Positions 1 through 9,218 of a stretch of DNA of 64,000 bases are shown piece by piece. This stretch comes from Candidatus Woesearchaeota archaeon (GTDB taxonomy: Archaea > Nanobdellota > Nanobdellia > Pacearchaeales > GW2011-AR1), in contig CAZHCL010000001.1 of assembly GCA_964530955.1 (NCBI GenBank), positions 32,001-96,000 on the forward strand. Reading direction: 5' to 3'. Numbering within the stretch: position 1 is the stretch's first letter; each line of letters opens with the position of its first letter. Below the pieces are notes generated by a model that did no database searches, was not told where the DNA came from, and worked only from the letters and a program-made list of their open reading frames with translations. Made by a program: the position numbers and the translations under genes.

Positions 1-371
1 GTTGACCCGTTAACTTCTGCATAATTTCTTAAATCCAAAATCTTTAATAATTCTCCAAGAGCCTTATTTCTTCTTTCTCTATCCAAAAAAGGATAAACTG
101 CGCCAATGGAATTATACAATGCCCAAGGAACTGTTTCAGCAGGACCTCCTGCGGTGGCTTCTATAAATGCCCTAGTTTTTCCGTCTTCTTCACTATGATA
201 TGCATCGTCTAACGCATTATTGTAAGTTGCTACTATCTGAGAAATAGCTTTATCAGGATCATCTTGAATAAGCCTCGCTAAGGGTTCTACATGAATTGCA
301 GCTGCTGCTTCATGAGCCGCAAATGCTCCTCTAATGCCTGCCATTATTCTTTTTAAATCATTTTCGTTCAT
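1..371 (-). CDS. Hypothetical protein, 3' end outside the window (MNENDLKRIMAGIRGAFAAHEAAAA...)
   Basis: Manual translation: open from ATG 371 to the window edge; TATA-like GTTAAAAA ends 21 nt before the ATG. Not in the ORF track. Confidence 0.7.
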   Translation of the reverse strand, partial: MNENDLKRIMAGIRGAFAAHEAAAAIHVEPLARLIQDDPDKAISQIVATYNNALDDAYHSEEDGKTRAFIEATAGGPAETVPWALYNSIGAVYPFLDRERRNKALGELLKILDLRNYAEVNGS

Positions 372-503
372 TGAAATATCAAAGAAAGAGTCTTTTTAAC
401 ATTAATCTGCAATATTCATCTAAATTAGTAGTGACTTTACTGCAATAAAGACTAGCAAATCTATCACGACAAAGCTTAAATATTATTTGCCCTTATTTTA
501 ATA

Positions 504-1052
504 ATGAGAAAAAATATTTATCTTGCTGTTTTTGCTGTTTTCTTTCTGGCACTGACTCTTGGACTTGCTTCTGCAGCTGACAGCTATTCAAGTTATTGGA
601 ATGGCAATAGTTATTCAGGTGGCTCTTTTGGAATAAATTATCCAAGTTACACTTATACACCCACAGTAAACAGTCAAGCTTCTGATATGATCCAGCAGTC
701 AAGCTATTCAAATGCAAATTATAATGGACCTTTAATAGAAAAAGTCTTCACTTACGACTCTTCTCTTGATGTAATTAATAGAGATAGATTCAAACAAACT
801 CTTTCAGTGAAAATGAATGAGTATTATTCTGGTGGTTCATCTTATTCTAACTCTGGAAGCAACAGCAACGAGCAGCACACTAATAATTATAATTCATATT
901 CTCCAAACCCTAATTCATATAATGGTGGATCTTACTGGGGAAAGGCTCCAGATTATGACTCATCTAATTATAGAAGTAGTTCCTATTCCAACCCTTACTA
1001 TTACTCTCCAAGATATGACTCTAGTTCTGGATATTACAACTGGAGATATTAA
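504..1052 (+). CDS. Secreted Ser/Tyr/Asn/Gly-rich low-complexity protein
   Basis: Signal peptide (MRKNIYLAVFAVFFLALTLGLASA), then S/Y/N/G-rich sequence; TATA at 475-482. Confidence 0.7.
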   Translation: MRKNIYLAVFAVFFLALTLGLASAADSYSSYWNGNSYSGGSFGINYPSYTYTPTVNSQASDMIQQSSYSNANYNGPLIEKVFTYDSSLDVINRDRFKQTLSVKMNEYYSGGSSYSNSGSNSNEQHTNNYNSYSPNPNSYNGGSYWGKAPDYDSSNYRSSSYSNPYYYSPRYDSSSGYYNWRY

Positions 1053-1706
1053 TTAAGAAGATTCTTTTTTAAACAAACTTATTTTATTTGTTATAAGCAC
1101 GTAAATACAAAGAAGGAATATTCCAAGTGCAAATGAACCTAGCACATCTGAGAACCAGTGAACATTTAAAATCAATCGTGAAACGCCTATGAGCAATACA
1201 AGTAAGGCTGCTAAGACAATCAATATTCTTTTGGCACTTCTAGACTTAATATGATGCTCAAATAAATAAACAAGAGTTCCAAAAAAGACAAGAGCCATCA
1301 AAGCATGACCGCTTGGGAAAGAAAAATCAGTTTCTGTTATAAGAGAATTGAGGGGTCTTGGCCTATGAACTAGTATCTTTATTCCTTGACTTATAATTGA
1401 AGTTATTATTGTTAATATAGTCAGAGAAATCGCCTCTAATTTTCTCTTCTTGTAAAAAAGAAAACAAATTACTACTAAGAATAGGATTATAAAAATACTC
1501 GGCTCAAAAGAATAATGAATTATTTTCGATATTTCAATAAAAAAGTTGTTTCTTATTTCAGGAATAGAAAGATTAATTTTTGTATCAAAATTGCTAAGCC
1601 ATGAGTTCGAGAGACTTTGTAGAATTAATATAAAGGAAATTAATGATACAAATGAAATTAGGTAAATAACTTGTTTTTCTCCTGATGTCAACTCTTTTTC
1701 AATCAT
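1053..1706 (-). CDS. PAP2-family membrane phosphatase (undecaprenyl-diphosphate phosphatase-like)
   Basis: K-x6-RP (KILVHRPRP), PSGH and SR-x5-H-x3-D (SRLILNVHWFSD) motifs; several TM helices. Confidence 0.92.
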   Translation of the reverse strand: MIEKELTSGEKQVIYLISFVSLISFILILQSLSNSWLSNFDTKINLSIPEIRNNFFIEISKIIHYSFEPSIFIILFLVVICFLFYKKRKLEAISLTILTIITSIISQGIKILVHRPRPLNSLITETDFSFPSGHALMALVFFGTLVYLFEHHIKSRSAKRILIVLAALLVLLIGVSRLILNVHWFSDVLGSFALGIFLLCIYVLITNKISLFKKESS

Positions 1707-1747
1707 TTGAATTTATGGAACTATTATGTATTTAAACTTTGACAGAA

Positions 1748-1969
1748 TTATTTCTTCTGAGTGAACTCAGTATAATGGCACTTGCCACAGTAAACTCTGT
1801 CCTTATGCTTTGCCAAAAATATGCCTGGTCCGCATCTTGGGCAAAATCCATTTCTGTTTGCTTTCTCACCATCTACTTTATAATGAGAATATTTCTTGCT
1901 TGTGGGCTTGTTCTTATGCGGCTTCTTTCCTTGCCTGTCTTTTCCTGTTCCGCCTGTTGTTGCTGCCAT
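1748..1969 (-). CDS. rps27ae: 30S ribosomal protein S27ae
   Basis: [22 protein letters not shown] zinc ribbon; follows rps24e. Confidence 0.95.
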   Translation of the reverse strand: MAATTGGTGKDRQGKKPHKNKPTSKKYSHYKVDGEKANRNGFCPRCGPGIFLAKHKDRVYCGKCHYTEFTQKK

Positions 1970-2251
1970 TTACTTTGCCCCTCCGGCTGCGGCATCTTTT
2001 TTAACTTTTTTCTTAGGTTCTATTAATTCCTTATCCTTCACTGAATCATATATAAAAGCGTCAATTAGAAATGTATTTCTTCCAAATTTGCTTTTAACTT
2101 CTTTTACTGCTATTGAATCTTCTGACGCCTTAAACTGGTCTGCAATCATCTTAATTGAATTCTGGAATCCTGGATTTGATGGAGATTCAACTACCACTTT
2201 TACTTCCCTTCTTTTTAGTAGACTATTTTTAAAATCGTTCATTGTTTTCAT
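1970..2251 (-). CDS. rps24e: 30S ribosomal protein S24e
   Basis: KNSLLKRREV and SKFG motifs; conserved operon position. Confidence 0.93.
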   Translation of the reverse strand: MKTMNDFKNSLLKRREVKVVVESPSNPGFQNSIKMIADQFKASEDSIAVKEVKSKFGRNTFLIDAFIYDSVKDKELIEPKKKVKKDAAAGGAK

Positions 2252-2439
2252 CCTAGCTTTATCGCATAAGCGCCCTTGTCTTTAATTTTCAGATTTTTAG
2301 AGACTTCTGATTGGTCTGGATTAAGAACTACTATCTTTCCTTTTGAATTTTCAGCTATTTCTTCTGAGCCACACTTAGAGCACTTCGTTCCCTCGGTGAC
2401 TATACTTTTGCATTGCTTGCATGCTTTCTGAGGAGCCAT
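2248..2439 (-). CDS. spt4: Transcription elongation factor Spt4 (RpoE'')
   Basis: KACKQC...CSKCGS zinc finger, GAYAIK C-terminus; follows rpoE1. Confidence 0.92.
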   Translation of the reverse strand: MAPQKACKQCKSIVTEGTKCSKCGSEEIAENSKGKIVVLNPDQSEVSKNLKIKDKGAYAIKLG

Positions 2440-3041
2440 TATTTCTTGCCCCCTTTCTTTTCGCCCTTTTCAGATTTCTTGGCTGCTGCCTTAGCTGCAT
2501 GTTCTTTTTTCTTTTTATCTTCATTTATCCAGTCGACTTTTCCAAGTCCTGGCTGTCTCATTGTAAGACCTATTTTTGGCTCACCTGACTTATAACTTAT
2601 CGCGACAATTCTAGCAAGGCATTCGTCACCCTTTGAAATTACTCTCTTGCTTGCTTTTCCAGATAGTGTTCCAGTCTTGCTAAGAGAGACATAATCTTCC
2701 ATTGTCTGAGAAATATGTATCATTCCCTGTGCAGGACCCATTTGGATAAATGCTCCAAAACTTGTTATTTCACTTATTGTTCCATAAACTAATTCATGTA
2801 ATTCAGGTCTCCAAGTAAGAAGCTTGAAAATTGACTTATAGAAAGGAGCCCCATCTCCTGGAATTATTATTCCATCATCGACTACTTGTGCAGATATCAC
2901 TTTTACTACAAAGCCTAATTCTTTTGTGACTTTCCCTACATAAGTCTCGTTCAACTGCTTTTCAACTGCTTCTTTTGTCTGAAGGCCAAAAAGCCTAGGC
3001 TCGACTCTTACATGATCTTCTACTTCTAAGATATAGAACAT
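2439..3041 (-). CDS. rpoE1: DNA-directed RNA polymerase subunit Rpo7 (E')
   Basis: IIPGDGA, S1 domain (FGAFIQMGPAQGMIHISQ), KIGLTMRQPGLGK. Confidence 0.96.
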   Translation of the reverse strand: MFYILEVEDHVRVEPRLFGLQTKEAVEKQLNETYVGKVTKELGFVVKVISAQVVDDGIIIPGDGAPFYKSIFKLLTWRPELHELVYGTISEITSFGAFIQMGPAQGMIHISQTMEDYVSLSKTGTLSGKASKRVISKGDECLARIVAISYKSGEPKIGLTMRQPGLGKVDWINEDKKKKEHAAKAAAKKSEKGEKKGGKK

Positions 3042-3104
3042 AGTCTCATGAGAAAAAATTGCTTTAAAAAGCTTTGCTTGAAATCAGAAAGGGCTTATTT
3101 TGGC

Positions 3105-3647
3105 CTATTTAATGTCAACAGACAATATGAAGATAGTGAGTATTATTAACGGTAGGGTAGAATGATAAAGATTCAAAATGTAGAAACCTAGAAAAGTTGA
3201 TTCATAACCAAATAGTGCTAGAGCTAGAGCAGATATGGCGAATATAATTAAACCCAATAATTGAGTATAAACAAGTATTTTATTAAAAGAATGCACTTTT
3301 TTATTCTCCTTTCGGTCATTTATCTTGAAGAAAAAATAATTAATGAAAAACATGGCTATTACGGCGATGCCCCAAACAAACAAAGCAGGCACTTTTGAAC
3401 TTGAAACAGGATTCAGCCCCACCATCGCCCCGATCTTGTACATTCCCATCTCAAGAGTTGTTAAGTCTCCCAGCCAAAGGCCTATAAGGAAAAAGAGGCC
3501 AAATATGGGGGCGAGAGGGTTAATCTTTATATCTTTTATTTTCTTCTTTCTTTTAATCACGTAATAAATTGTTGACAATAGTAAAGCAAGAATTGTTAAA
3601 AATAGTAAATAAGTAAATATGCTGCTGGAATCCATGTTTATGCTCAT
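3105..3647 (-). CDS. Hypothetical multi-pass membrane protein
   Basis: About five hydrophobic segments; 4-nt overlap with the upstream ORF. Confidence 0.7.
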   Translation of the reverse strand: MSINMDSSSIFTYLLFLTILALLLSTIYYVIKRKKKIKDIKINPLAPIFGLFFLIGLWLGDLTTLEMGMYKIGAMVGLNPVSSSKVPALFVWGIAVIAMFFINYFFFKINDRKENKKVHSFNKILVYTQLLGLIIFAISALALALFGYESTFLGFYILNLYHSTLPLIILTIFILSVDIK

Positions 3648-3922
3648 TTTATTGCCTTCCTATATACAAAATAGATAACGATAGTAATTATGACTGCAAA
3701 GATAAAAGTTAATGCTATTATTTGAATGTTTGAGAATGTTGACTCGGACATATTGAAAAACTTTTGCTGGACTCTGCCCAAAGAAAGAATTACAAAAGAT
3801 ATAGAATAAATAACTACTAGAATTAAAGACTCAATTAACAACTCTTTATCTCTATTTTTCATCCTTTTTCTTGTAAATGGCAATCTTATCCTGTCTAAAA
3901 GAGATCCTTTTTTTATTTTCAC
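3644..3922 (-). CDS. Hypothetical two-TM membrane protein
   Basis: Basic N-terminus plus two hydrophobic helices. Confidence 0.6.
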   Translation of the reverse strand: MKIKKGSLLDRIRLPFTRKRMKNRDKELLIESLILVVIYSISFVILSLGRVQQKFFNMSESTFSNIQIIALTFIFAVIITIVIYFVYRKAIK

Positions 3923-4087
3923 ATCTATGAGTGGAATATCTTATATAAAAATCTATTTAAGAGATTAATCTGAGATTTTTCAGGAAAGCATAATTTTATA
4001 AATACCTCTTTCCACAAAAAAGTATAGAGAAAATGAATGCGATTGCATCAAGTTTTTTTCTTGAAGATGAAAGGAGTATAGAATTTA

Positions 4088-4426
4088 ATGGGAAAGAAAT
4101 TGTATGTCGGAAATTTACCTTTTTCTGTAACATCAGAGAAATTGAAAGAAATCTTTTCTGCTTATGGCGAAGTTGAAGCGGAAGTTATTTCATTCAAAGA
4201 CACAGGCAAATCAAAGGGATTTGGTTTTGTAACTGTAGCTGATGACATTCAAGCTGAGAAAGCTAAGCAAGAAATGAACGGAAAGGAACTCGAAGGAAGG
4301 AAAGTGCTTGTTAATGAAGCAGCGCCTTTCGATCCGAATAAGCCAAGAAGACCTAGAAGAGATTTTGGGGATAGAAGATTTGGCGGCGGCGGACGAGGAA
4401 GATTCGACAGAAGAGACGACGATTAA
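4088..4426 (+). CDS. RRM (RNP-1) RNA-binding protein with Arg/Gly-rich tail
   Basis: RNP2 LYVGNL, RNP1 KGFGFV, tail RRFGGGGRGRFDRR; SD-like AAGGAG upstream. Confidence 0.94.
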   Translation: MGKKLYVGNLPFSVTSEKLKEIFSAYGEVEAEVISFKDTGKSKGFGFVTVADDIQAEKAKQEMNGKELEGRKVLVNEAAPFDPNKPRRPRRDFGDRRFGGGGRGRFDRRDDD

Positions 4427-4496
4427 GAAATCGAGCTCTTCAAATAAGTTATTTTATTTTTTTATTTAACGTTTTGTTTTTTACTTGAAATGGCAG

Positions 4497-7400
4497 TCAC
4501 AAGCCATAGACATATTCATTACAGAATTCACAGTTCTTTTCTATTGGACAGGGAGAAAAGCCATTCTTGTAGCATTCCTGTATCTTTAATGCTATATCAA
4601 TAATTTCCTTCTTGACTTCTTTTATATTAAATCCATCTATGAATTTTGATGAAGTACAAACAGCATTTCCGTCATTGTCTATTTCAAATTCTATTGGTCT
4701 TTCCTGCCTTAACATATCAAGAATTACTTTTCTAACTAGCCCGTACTTCTCCTCTGCAGCGAGAGCATAAAATCCTAGCTGCCAATTTCTCTCCTTGGGG
4801 CCTATATTTGACTTACCTGTTTTGTAATCAACTATCTGCGCCCCTCCATTTATAAAATCAATTCTGTCAGCAAAACCTATAAAATCTATTCCTCCAATTT
4901 TTAGGTTTAAGAATTGCTCCGTCTTGCTGTTTGAATCATATCTTCCTTTGTGCCTTTCAAAAAATACTCTCACCATTGTCTGCGCTTCGGAAAGTTCGAC
5001 AGATTCCCATTCATCGTCAAGATTTAGCTCTTTAGCAAGCTGAAGGAATTCATCCAGAGAAGAAAAACCACTTTTTACTCCTTTTTCTAGAACGAGATGA
5101 ACAAAAGAGCCGAGGCGCATAGCTTCCCAGGAAATTTTTTTTCTTTCAGGCATATTAAATACATATTTGTATTCGAATTCTTTCTGGCAGTTAGAGAAGA
5201 GAATTAATGCAGAAGGAGAAAGCCTTTTGTTTTCCTTCTTTTTTTCAACAACGCTATTTGAGCTTACAATCTCATTAAGGACTTCTGGAAAATTCTGATA
5301 TTGCAAAGCCGTTGAAAATTCAGGAATGTTTTTTTCATTTTTTCTTTCTTCTTGAGTATATTTTTGGTCCAAATCCTTTTCGAATGAAAAATCTGTGTTT
5401 GATTTATAATTAACTTCATTAAGAAACTGCGAAGGTAAAAATTCCTTTCCAGAATATTCCTTTGAATAGGTGAAAACTAATTTTTCCTTTGCTCTTGTAA
5501 AAGAGACGTAGGCAAGCCTTCTCTCTTCCTGCATTTGGTGATGTTTTTCATAGCTGACAAGAAAATCTTTCTTTTCCTCATCACTAAATCTCTTTATTTC
5601 TTCCTTTATGTCTGGGAAAAGCTCTGTTGGTATAAGGCTGTTGTTCACATATCTTTCAATTGGAAATCTTCCCTGTGCCATGTTGGTTATAATTACCGTT
5701 CTAAATTCAAGTCCTTTAGTTGAATGGCAACTCATTAGCCTTACCCCCTCTTCCTCAAGCTGTGCTGCATCAATTTCTATGTCTAAATCTTCAAGCACCT
5801 GAAGATAATACAAAAAATTGTAAAGATCGGAATCGTAAAGTTCTTCGTGAGACTTGGCTATTTCATAAAACTTTGAGAGATTTAGCATAATCTCTTTCTC
5901 CTCTATTGTTTTCTGTTCATTTGCAAGTCCAGATATTCTATAAACTTCCTGCAATAGAGCTGAGATGGGTTTATCTAGAAAACCAAGCATTAATTTTATT
6001 CTTTCAATCAAAATCTTGGCTGCTAATTTTCCATCATCACTTAAATCAATTTCCATTATATTATTAAAGAGATAAACTGAAGGAAGTTCTTTTCCATTTA
6101 CTTCTTCAATTTCCAAAGAACCATTACCCTTATTTCTTGCGCGAGATTTTGAAAGAGATTTAATCATCTTTCCTATTTTTATTAAATCTTCCTGCTGGAA
6201 GTTTAACTGATAAGCTAAATCCCACCATGCCTGTTCACCCCCTTTTTCCTTTCTTTTTAGTTTGTTTAGAATAGTCAAGTAATCTACGACTGTCTTAACT
6301 GACTTTTGTTTGAGCAAAGAAGATTTTGAAACTGAATGGTATGGAATTCCTGCTTGTTCAAGAGCAATTTTTATTATTCTTCCATATTGATGTGCTCTAA
6401 ACATTACACATATTTCCTCAAGTGGAACCTGATTTTGTTGCTCATGTTTTATTAATTCAACTACTTTTCTTGCTTCTTCCTGCGCATTTTTCATTTCATA
6501 AACTTTTATTTTTTCCCCTTCTAAATTATGTGCATTTTCAACAAAGAATAAGTCTTCCTCGTTATCATAATTATTTGAAATTAATTTATGAGCTGCTTTT
6601 AATACAGTATTTGGAGAACGGTATGATTTTTTTAGATTAAATATATCTTTTTCTGAAACAGAGAATTGTTTTTTAAAATAAGAAAGATTGTCCTTATATG
6701 CTCCTCTGAATCTATATATGCTTTGATTTATGTCTCCGACTATGGTGATATTTTTATGAGGGGCTAGTCTTGCTAGAAAATCAAGTTGTAACTTGTTTGT
6801 ATCTTGGAATTCATCTACTATAATATAGTCAAAATTAACTGCAACTTCAGGGTTTTTGTCAAATAATGAAATGGCAAGAATGTTAAGGTCAGAATAGTCC
6901 AGATAGTTTCCTTTTGATTTTAATTTTTCATAGGCATTCCAACAATTTGAGAACTTTTTCATCTCAATTATATCTTTAATATTTTTTATCTCCTTGACAA
7001 GTTCCTTTTTGTCTACTTTTGATTTACTCAAATGAATTGTTTGCAATTCGAAATTTAAATTTTCAAATCTTTTTTCTATATCTATTACTTCATATTTTTT
7101 CATTCTGTCAGAAATAAAATTCTGCATTTCGTTTAGAGTTATACCTAAATCTTTTGCTGAGCCTATTGCTGAAATATACCTGTGGCAGTTAATGGGGTTT
7201 ATTTTTAGGTTTCTGTGCAAAACTACTTTAGCCTGGTCGGGATCAAGAATTTTAAATTCTTTTGATATTCCTATTTCCGAACCATATTTTCTAAGCAAAT
7301 CAGCTGAAAATCCGTGAAAAGTTCTTATAATTGCTGAACTCTGGCCAACAATCTTGCTCACTCTTAATGAAAGGTTGTTTGCTGCCTCGTTTGAAAAGGT

Positions 7401-7544
7401 TATACAAACTATTTTTTCAGGTGGATATATTTTATTCTCGATGAGATATTTTATTTTTTCAACAATAGTATAGGTTTTTCCTGTACCTGCCCCAGCAAGA
7501 ATAACACATGGACCCGTTGTCTTTTTAATCGCCTCTGAATTCAT
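4497..7544 (-). CDS. UvrD/Rep superfamily-1 helicase fused to a C-terminal RecB-family PD-(D/E)XK nuclease with a probable Fe-S staple (AdnAB/AddAB-like)
   Basis: AGAGTGKT, DEFQD, VGDINQSIYRFRGA, HSTKGLEF, YVSFTRAK; nuclease DRID...DYKTG...QLGFY; Cys in CQKEFEY and CPIEKNCEFC. Confidence 0.92.
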   Translation of the reverse strand: MNSEAIKKTTGPCVILAGAGTGKTYTIVEKIKYLIENKIYPPEKIVCITFSNEAANNLSLRVSKIVGQSSAIIRTFHGFSADLLRKYGSEIGISKEFKILDPDQAKVVLHRNLKINPINCHRYISAIGSAKDLGITLNEMQNFISDRMKKYEVIDIEKRFENLNFELQTIHLSKSKVDKKELVKEIKNIKDIIEMKKFSNCWNAYEKLKSKGNYLDYSDLNILAISLFDKNPEVAVNFDYIIVDEFQDTNKLQLDFLARLAPHKNITIVGDINQSIYRFRGAYKDNLSYFKKQFSVSEKDIFNLKKSYRSPNTVLKAAHKLISNNYDNEEDLFFVENAHNLEGEKIKVYEMKNAQEEARKVVELIKHEQQNQVPLEEICVMFRAHQYGRIIKIALEQAGIPYHSVSKSSLLKQKSVKTVVDYLTILNKLKRKEKGGEQAWWDLAYQLNFQQEDLIKIGKMIKSLSKSRARNKGNGSLEIEEVNGKELPSVYLFNNIMEIDLSDDGKLAAKILIERIKLMLGFLDKPISALLQEVYRISGLANEQKTIEEKEIMLNLSKFYEIAKSHEELYDSDLYNFLYYLQVLEDLDIEIDAAQLEEEGVRLMSCHSTKGLEFRTVIITNMAQGRFPIERYVNNSLIPTELFPDIKEEIKRFSDEEKKDFLVSYEKHHQMQEERRLAYVSFTRAKEKLVFTYSKEYSGKEFLPSQFLNEVNYKSNTDFSFEKDLDQKYTQEERKNEKNIPEFSTALQYQNFPEVLNEIVSSNSVVEKKKENKRLSPSALILFSNCQKEFEYKYVFNMPERKKISWEAMRLGSFVHLVLEKGVKSGFSSLDEFLQLAKELNLDDEWESVELSEAQTMVRVFFERHKGRYDSNSKTEQFLNLKIGGIDFIGFADRIDFINGGAQIVDYKTGKSNIGPKERNWQLGFYALAAEEKYGLVRKVILDMLRQERPIEFEIDNDGNAVCTSSKFIDGFNIKEVKKEIIDIALKIQECYKNGFSPCPIEKNCEFCNEYVYGL

Positions 7545-7584
7545 CTAATTTTACAATAGAAGGGATATTAAAAGATTATGTAAA

Positions 7585-7977
7585 TTAGAAAGATGTAAAA
7601 TTATAATCCTCATGTAATTTATCAACTATTTTTCTACTTATATCTGAGAGAGGATATTGCTGGCTTTCATTATAATTAATCCAAGTAACATCATCTATTT
7701 CTGCAGATGGACTTTTTAACTCCCCATTTAATGAGCAAAAATAAACTCTTGCTTCTAAAATATCTCCTTTGTGTGGAGTTTTTCCCCTAAAAGTAGAATA
7801 AAATCTTTGTATCTTTATCTTTGTCCCAGAAAGTTCTTCCATTACTTCTCTTTCCAGACAACCACTATCTTTTTCTCCTTCTTCGGGCTTACCTCCAGGA
7901 AGAATCCACACTTCTCTTTTCTTTACTACTAGAAGTCTACCAGAATTAATTATTGCTGCGTTTACAGCAGTTCTCAT
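7585..7977 (-). CDS. NUDIX hydrolase
   Basis: Nudix box GGKPEEGEKDSGCLEREVMEEL. Confidence 0.9.
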   Translation of the reverse strand: MRTAVNAAIINSGRLLVVKKREVWILPGGKPEEGEKDSGCLEREVMEELSGTKIKIQRFYSTFRGKTPHKGDILEARVYFCSLNGELKSPSAEIDDVTWINYNESQQYPLSDISRKIVDKLHEDYNFTSF

Positions 7978-9183
7978 TTACAAAACTTCTCCGTAGCCGA
8001 TTAAACGCCAGTGATTATTTATATTTCTTGCAATGCCTACATTTTCTCCTTTGCTAGGAACAATAGGTATTTTCAAAGACAATTCAATATCATTCTTACT
8101 TATTTTTTTTAACACGCCGACGGTCATAGAGGTGTTTATGCTTAACATTAACATTTCAGAAGCTTTCAAAGGGTCTACTTTTTTAGCGCCTAGCTGAGTG
8201 AATATTTCAGGAAAAAGAGTATATTTTAGTTTTATCGATTGGGTTATCTCTGGAAGCTTTCCAGTATAGGAAGCTACACATCCCGCAAGTGCGTCTGACT
8301 TTCCTAAGGACATATCAAGAGTAGTTTCAATTGAAACGCTTCCCCCGGGAGTTAAAGACTGAACTTCCTTTGAGCCATTAAATAATTTTAGAATTTTTGC
8401 CTTTACTGTCTTGTAATGATATTGATTAGCTTCTTTTATTACTCTTCCAGGCTTTATCTCTATTTCATCCCCTATATTGAGTTTGCCTTGCTTTAGGGTT
8501 CCGCCTAATACTGCTCCGTGAAGTTTATCAGGAGTTGTTCCAGGTTTGTTAATATCGAAACTTCTTGCAATAAGGAAAAGAGGATTTCCTGATAAGTTTC
8601 TTTCTGGTATTGGAATTTCCATTATGGCCTGGTATATTTCATTAATGTTTACTTCCTGTTGTGCTGAAACTGGAATTATTGGAGCTGAGTCATATCTTCC
8701 CTTAAGAAGTTCTTTTATTTCAGAATAGTTTTTCTTTGCTTGAGCAGAATCAACAAGATCAATTTTATTTTGCACAACAATAAGATTCTTAATTTTCTTT
8801 GCCTGTAAAGCCATCAAATGTTCCCTAGTCTGAGGCTTTATTCCTTCATTTGCTGCAACAACTAATATTGCAGCATCGATTATAGCGGCTCCGCTTAACA
8901 TGGTAGCCATAAGCATTTCATGACCTGGAGAATCAACAAAAGAAACATGTCTGACTGGAGTGCCTTTTTTCTCTCGGTTATAACTACCATCAGAATCCTT
9001 GCAAAGAGTTATATCTGCATATCCTAATTTTATTGTAATTCCTCTTTTCAACTCTTCTGAATGTGTATCTGTCCATTTTCCGCTGAGTTTGTAAAGAAGA
9101 GTTGTTTTCCCATGGTCAATATGCCCTACTATTCCAACATTTAATGTTTCAAGTTCAGGTAATTCATTAGTAATCTTATTCAT
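7978..9183 (-). CDS. eif2g: Translation initiation factor aIF2 subunit gamma
   Basis: GHIDHGKTT, EELKRGITIKLGY, DSPGHE, NKID, WRLIGYG. Confidence 0.97.
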   Translation of the reverse strand: MNKITNELPELETLNVGIVGHIDHGKTTLLYKLSGKWTDTHSEELKRGITIKLGYADITLCKDSDGSYNREKKGTPVRHVSFVDSPGHEMLMATMLSGAAIIDAAILVVAANEGIKPQTREHLMALQAKKIKNLIVVQNKIDLVDSAQAKKNYSEIKELLKGRYDSAPIIPVSAQQEVNINEIYQAIMEIPIPERNLSGNPLFLIARSFDINKPGTTPDKLHGAVLGGTLKQGKLNIGDEIEIKPGRVIKEANQYHYKTVKAKILKLFNGSKEVQSLTPGGSVSIETTLDMSLGKSDALAGCVASYTGKLPEITQSIKLKYTLFPEIFTQLGAKKVDPLKASEMLMLSINTSMTVGVLKKISKNDIELSLKIPIVPSKGENVGIARNINNHWRLIGYGEVL

Positions 9184-9218
9184 ATAAACTCGTAGAATAA
9201 AGGTTTTTTAAAGATATC

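Noticed and set aside
1739-2595. Plus-strand ORFs over rps27ae, rps24e, spt4 and rpoE1
   Set aside because: Antisense to clear ribosomal and RNA polymerase genes
4497-5300. Cas4 / CRISPR adaptation module
   Set aside because: The Cas4-like Fe-S nuclease is fused to UvrD; no cas1, cas2 or repeat-spacer array is seen in the window
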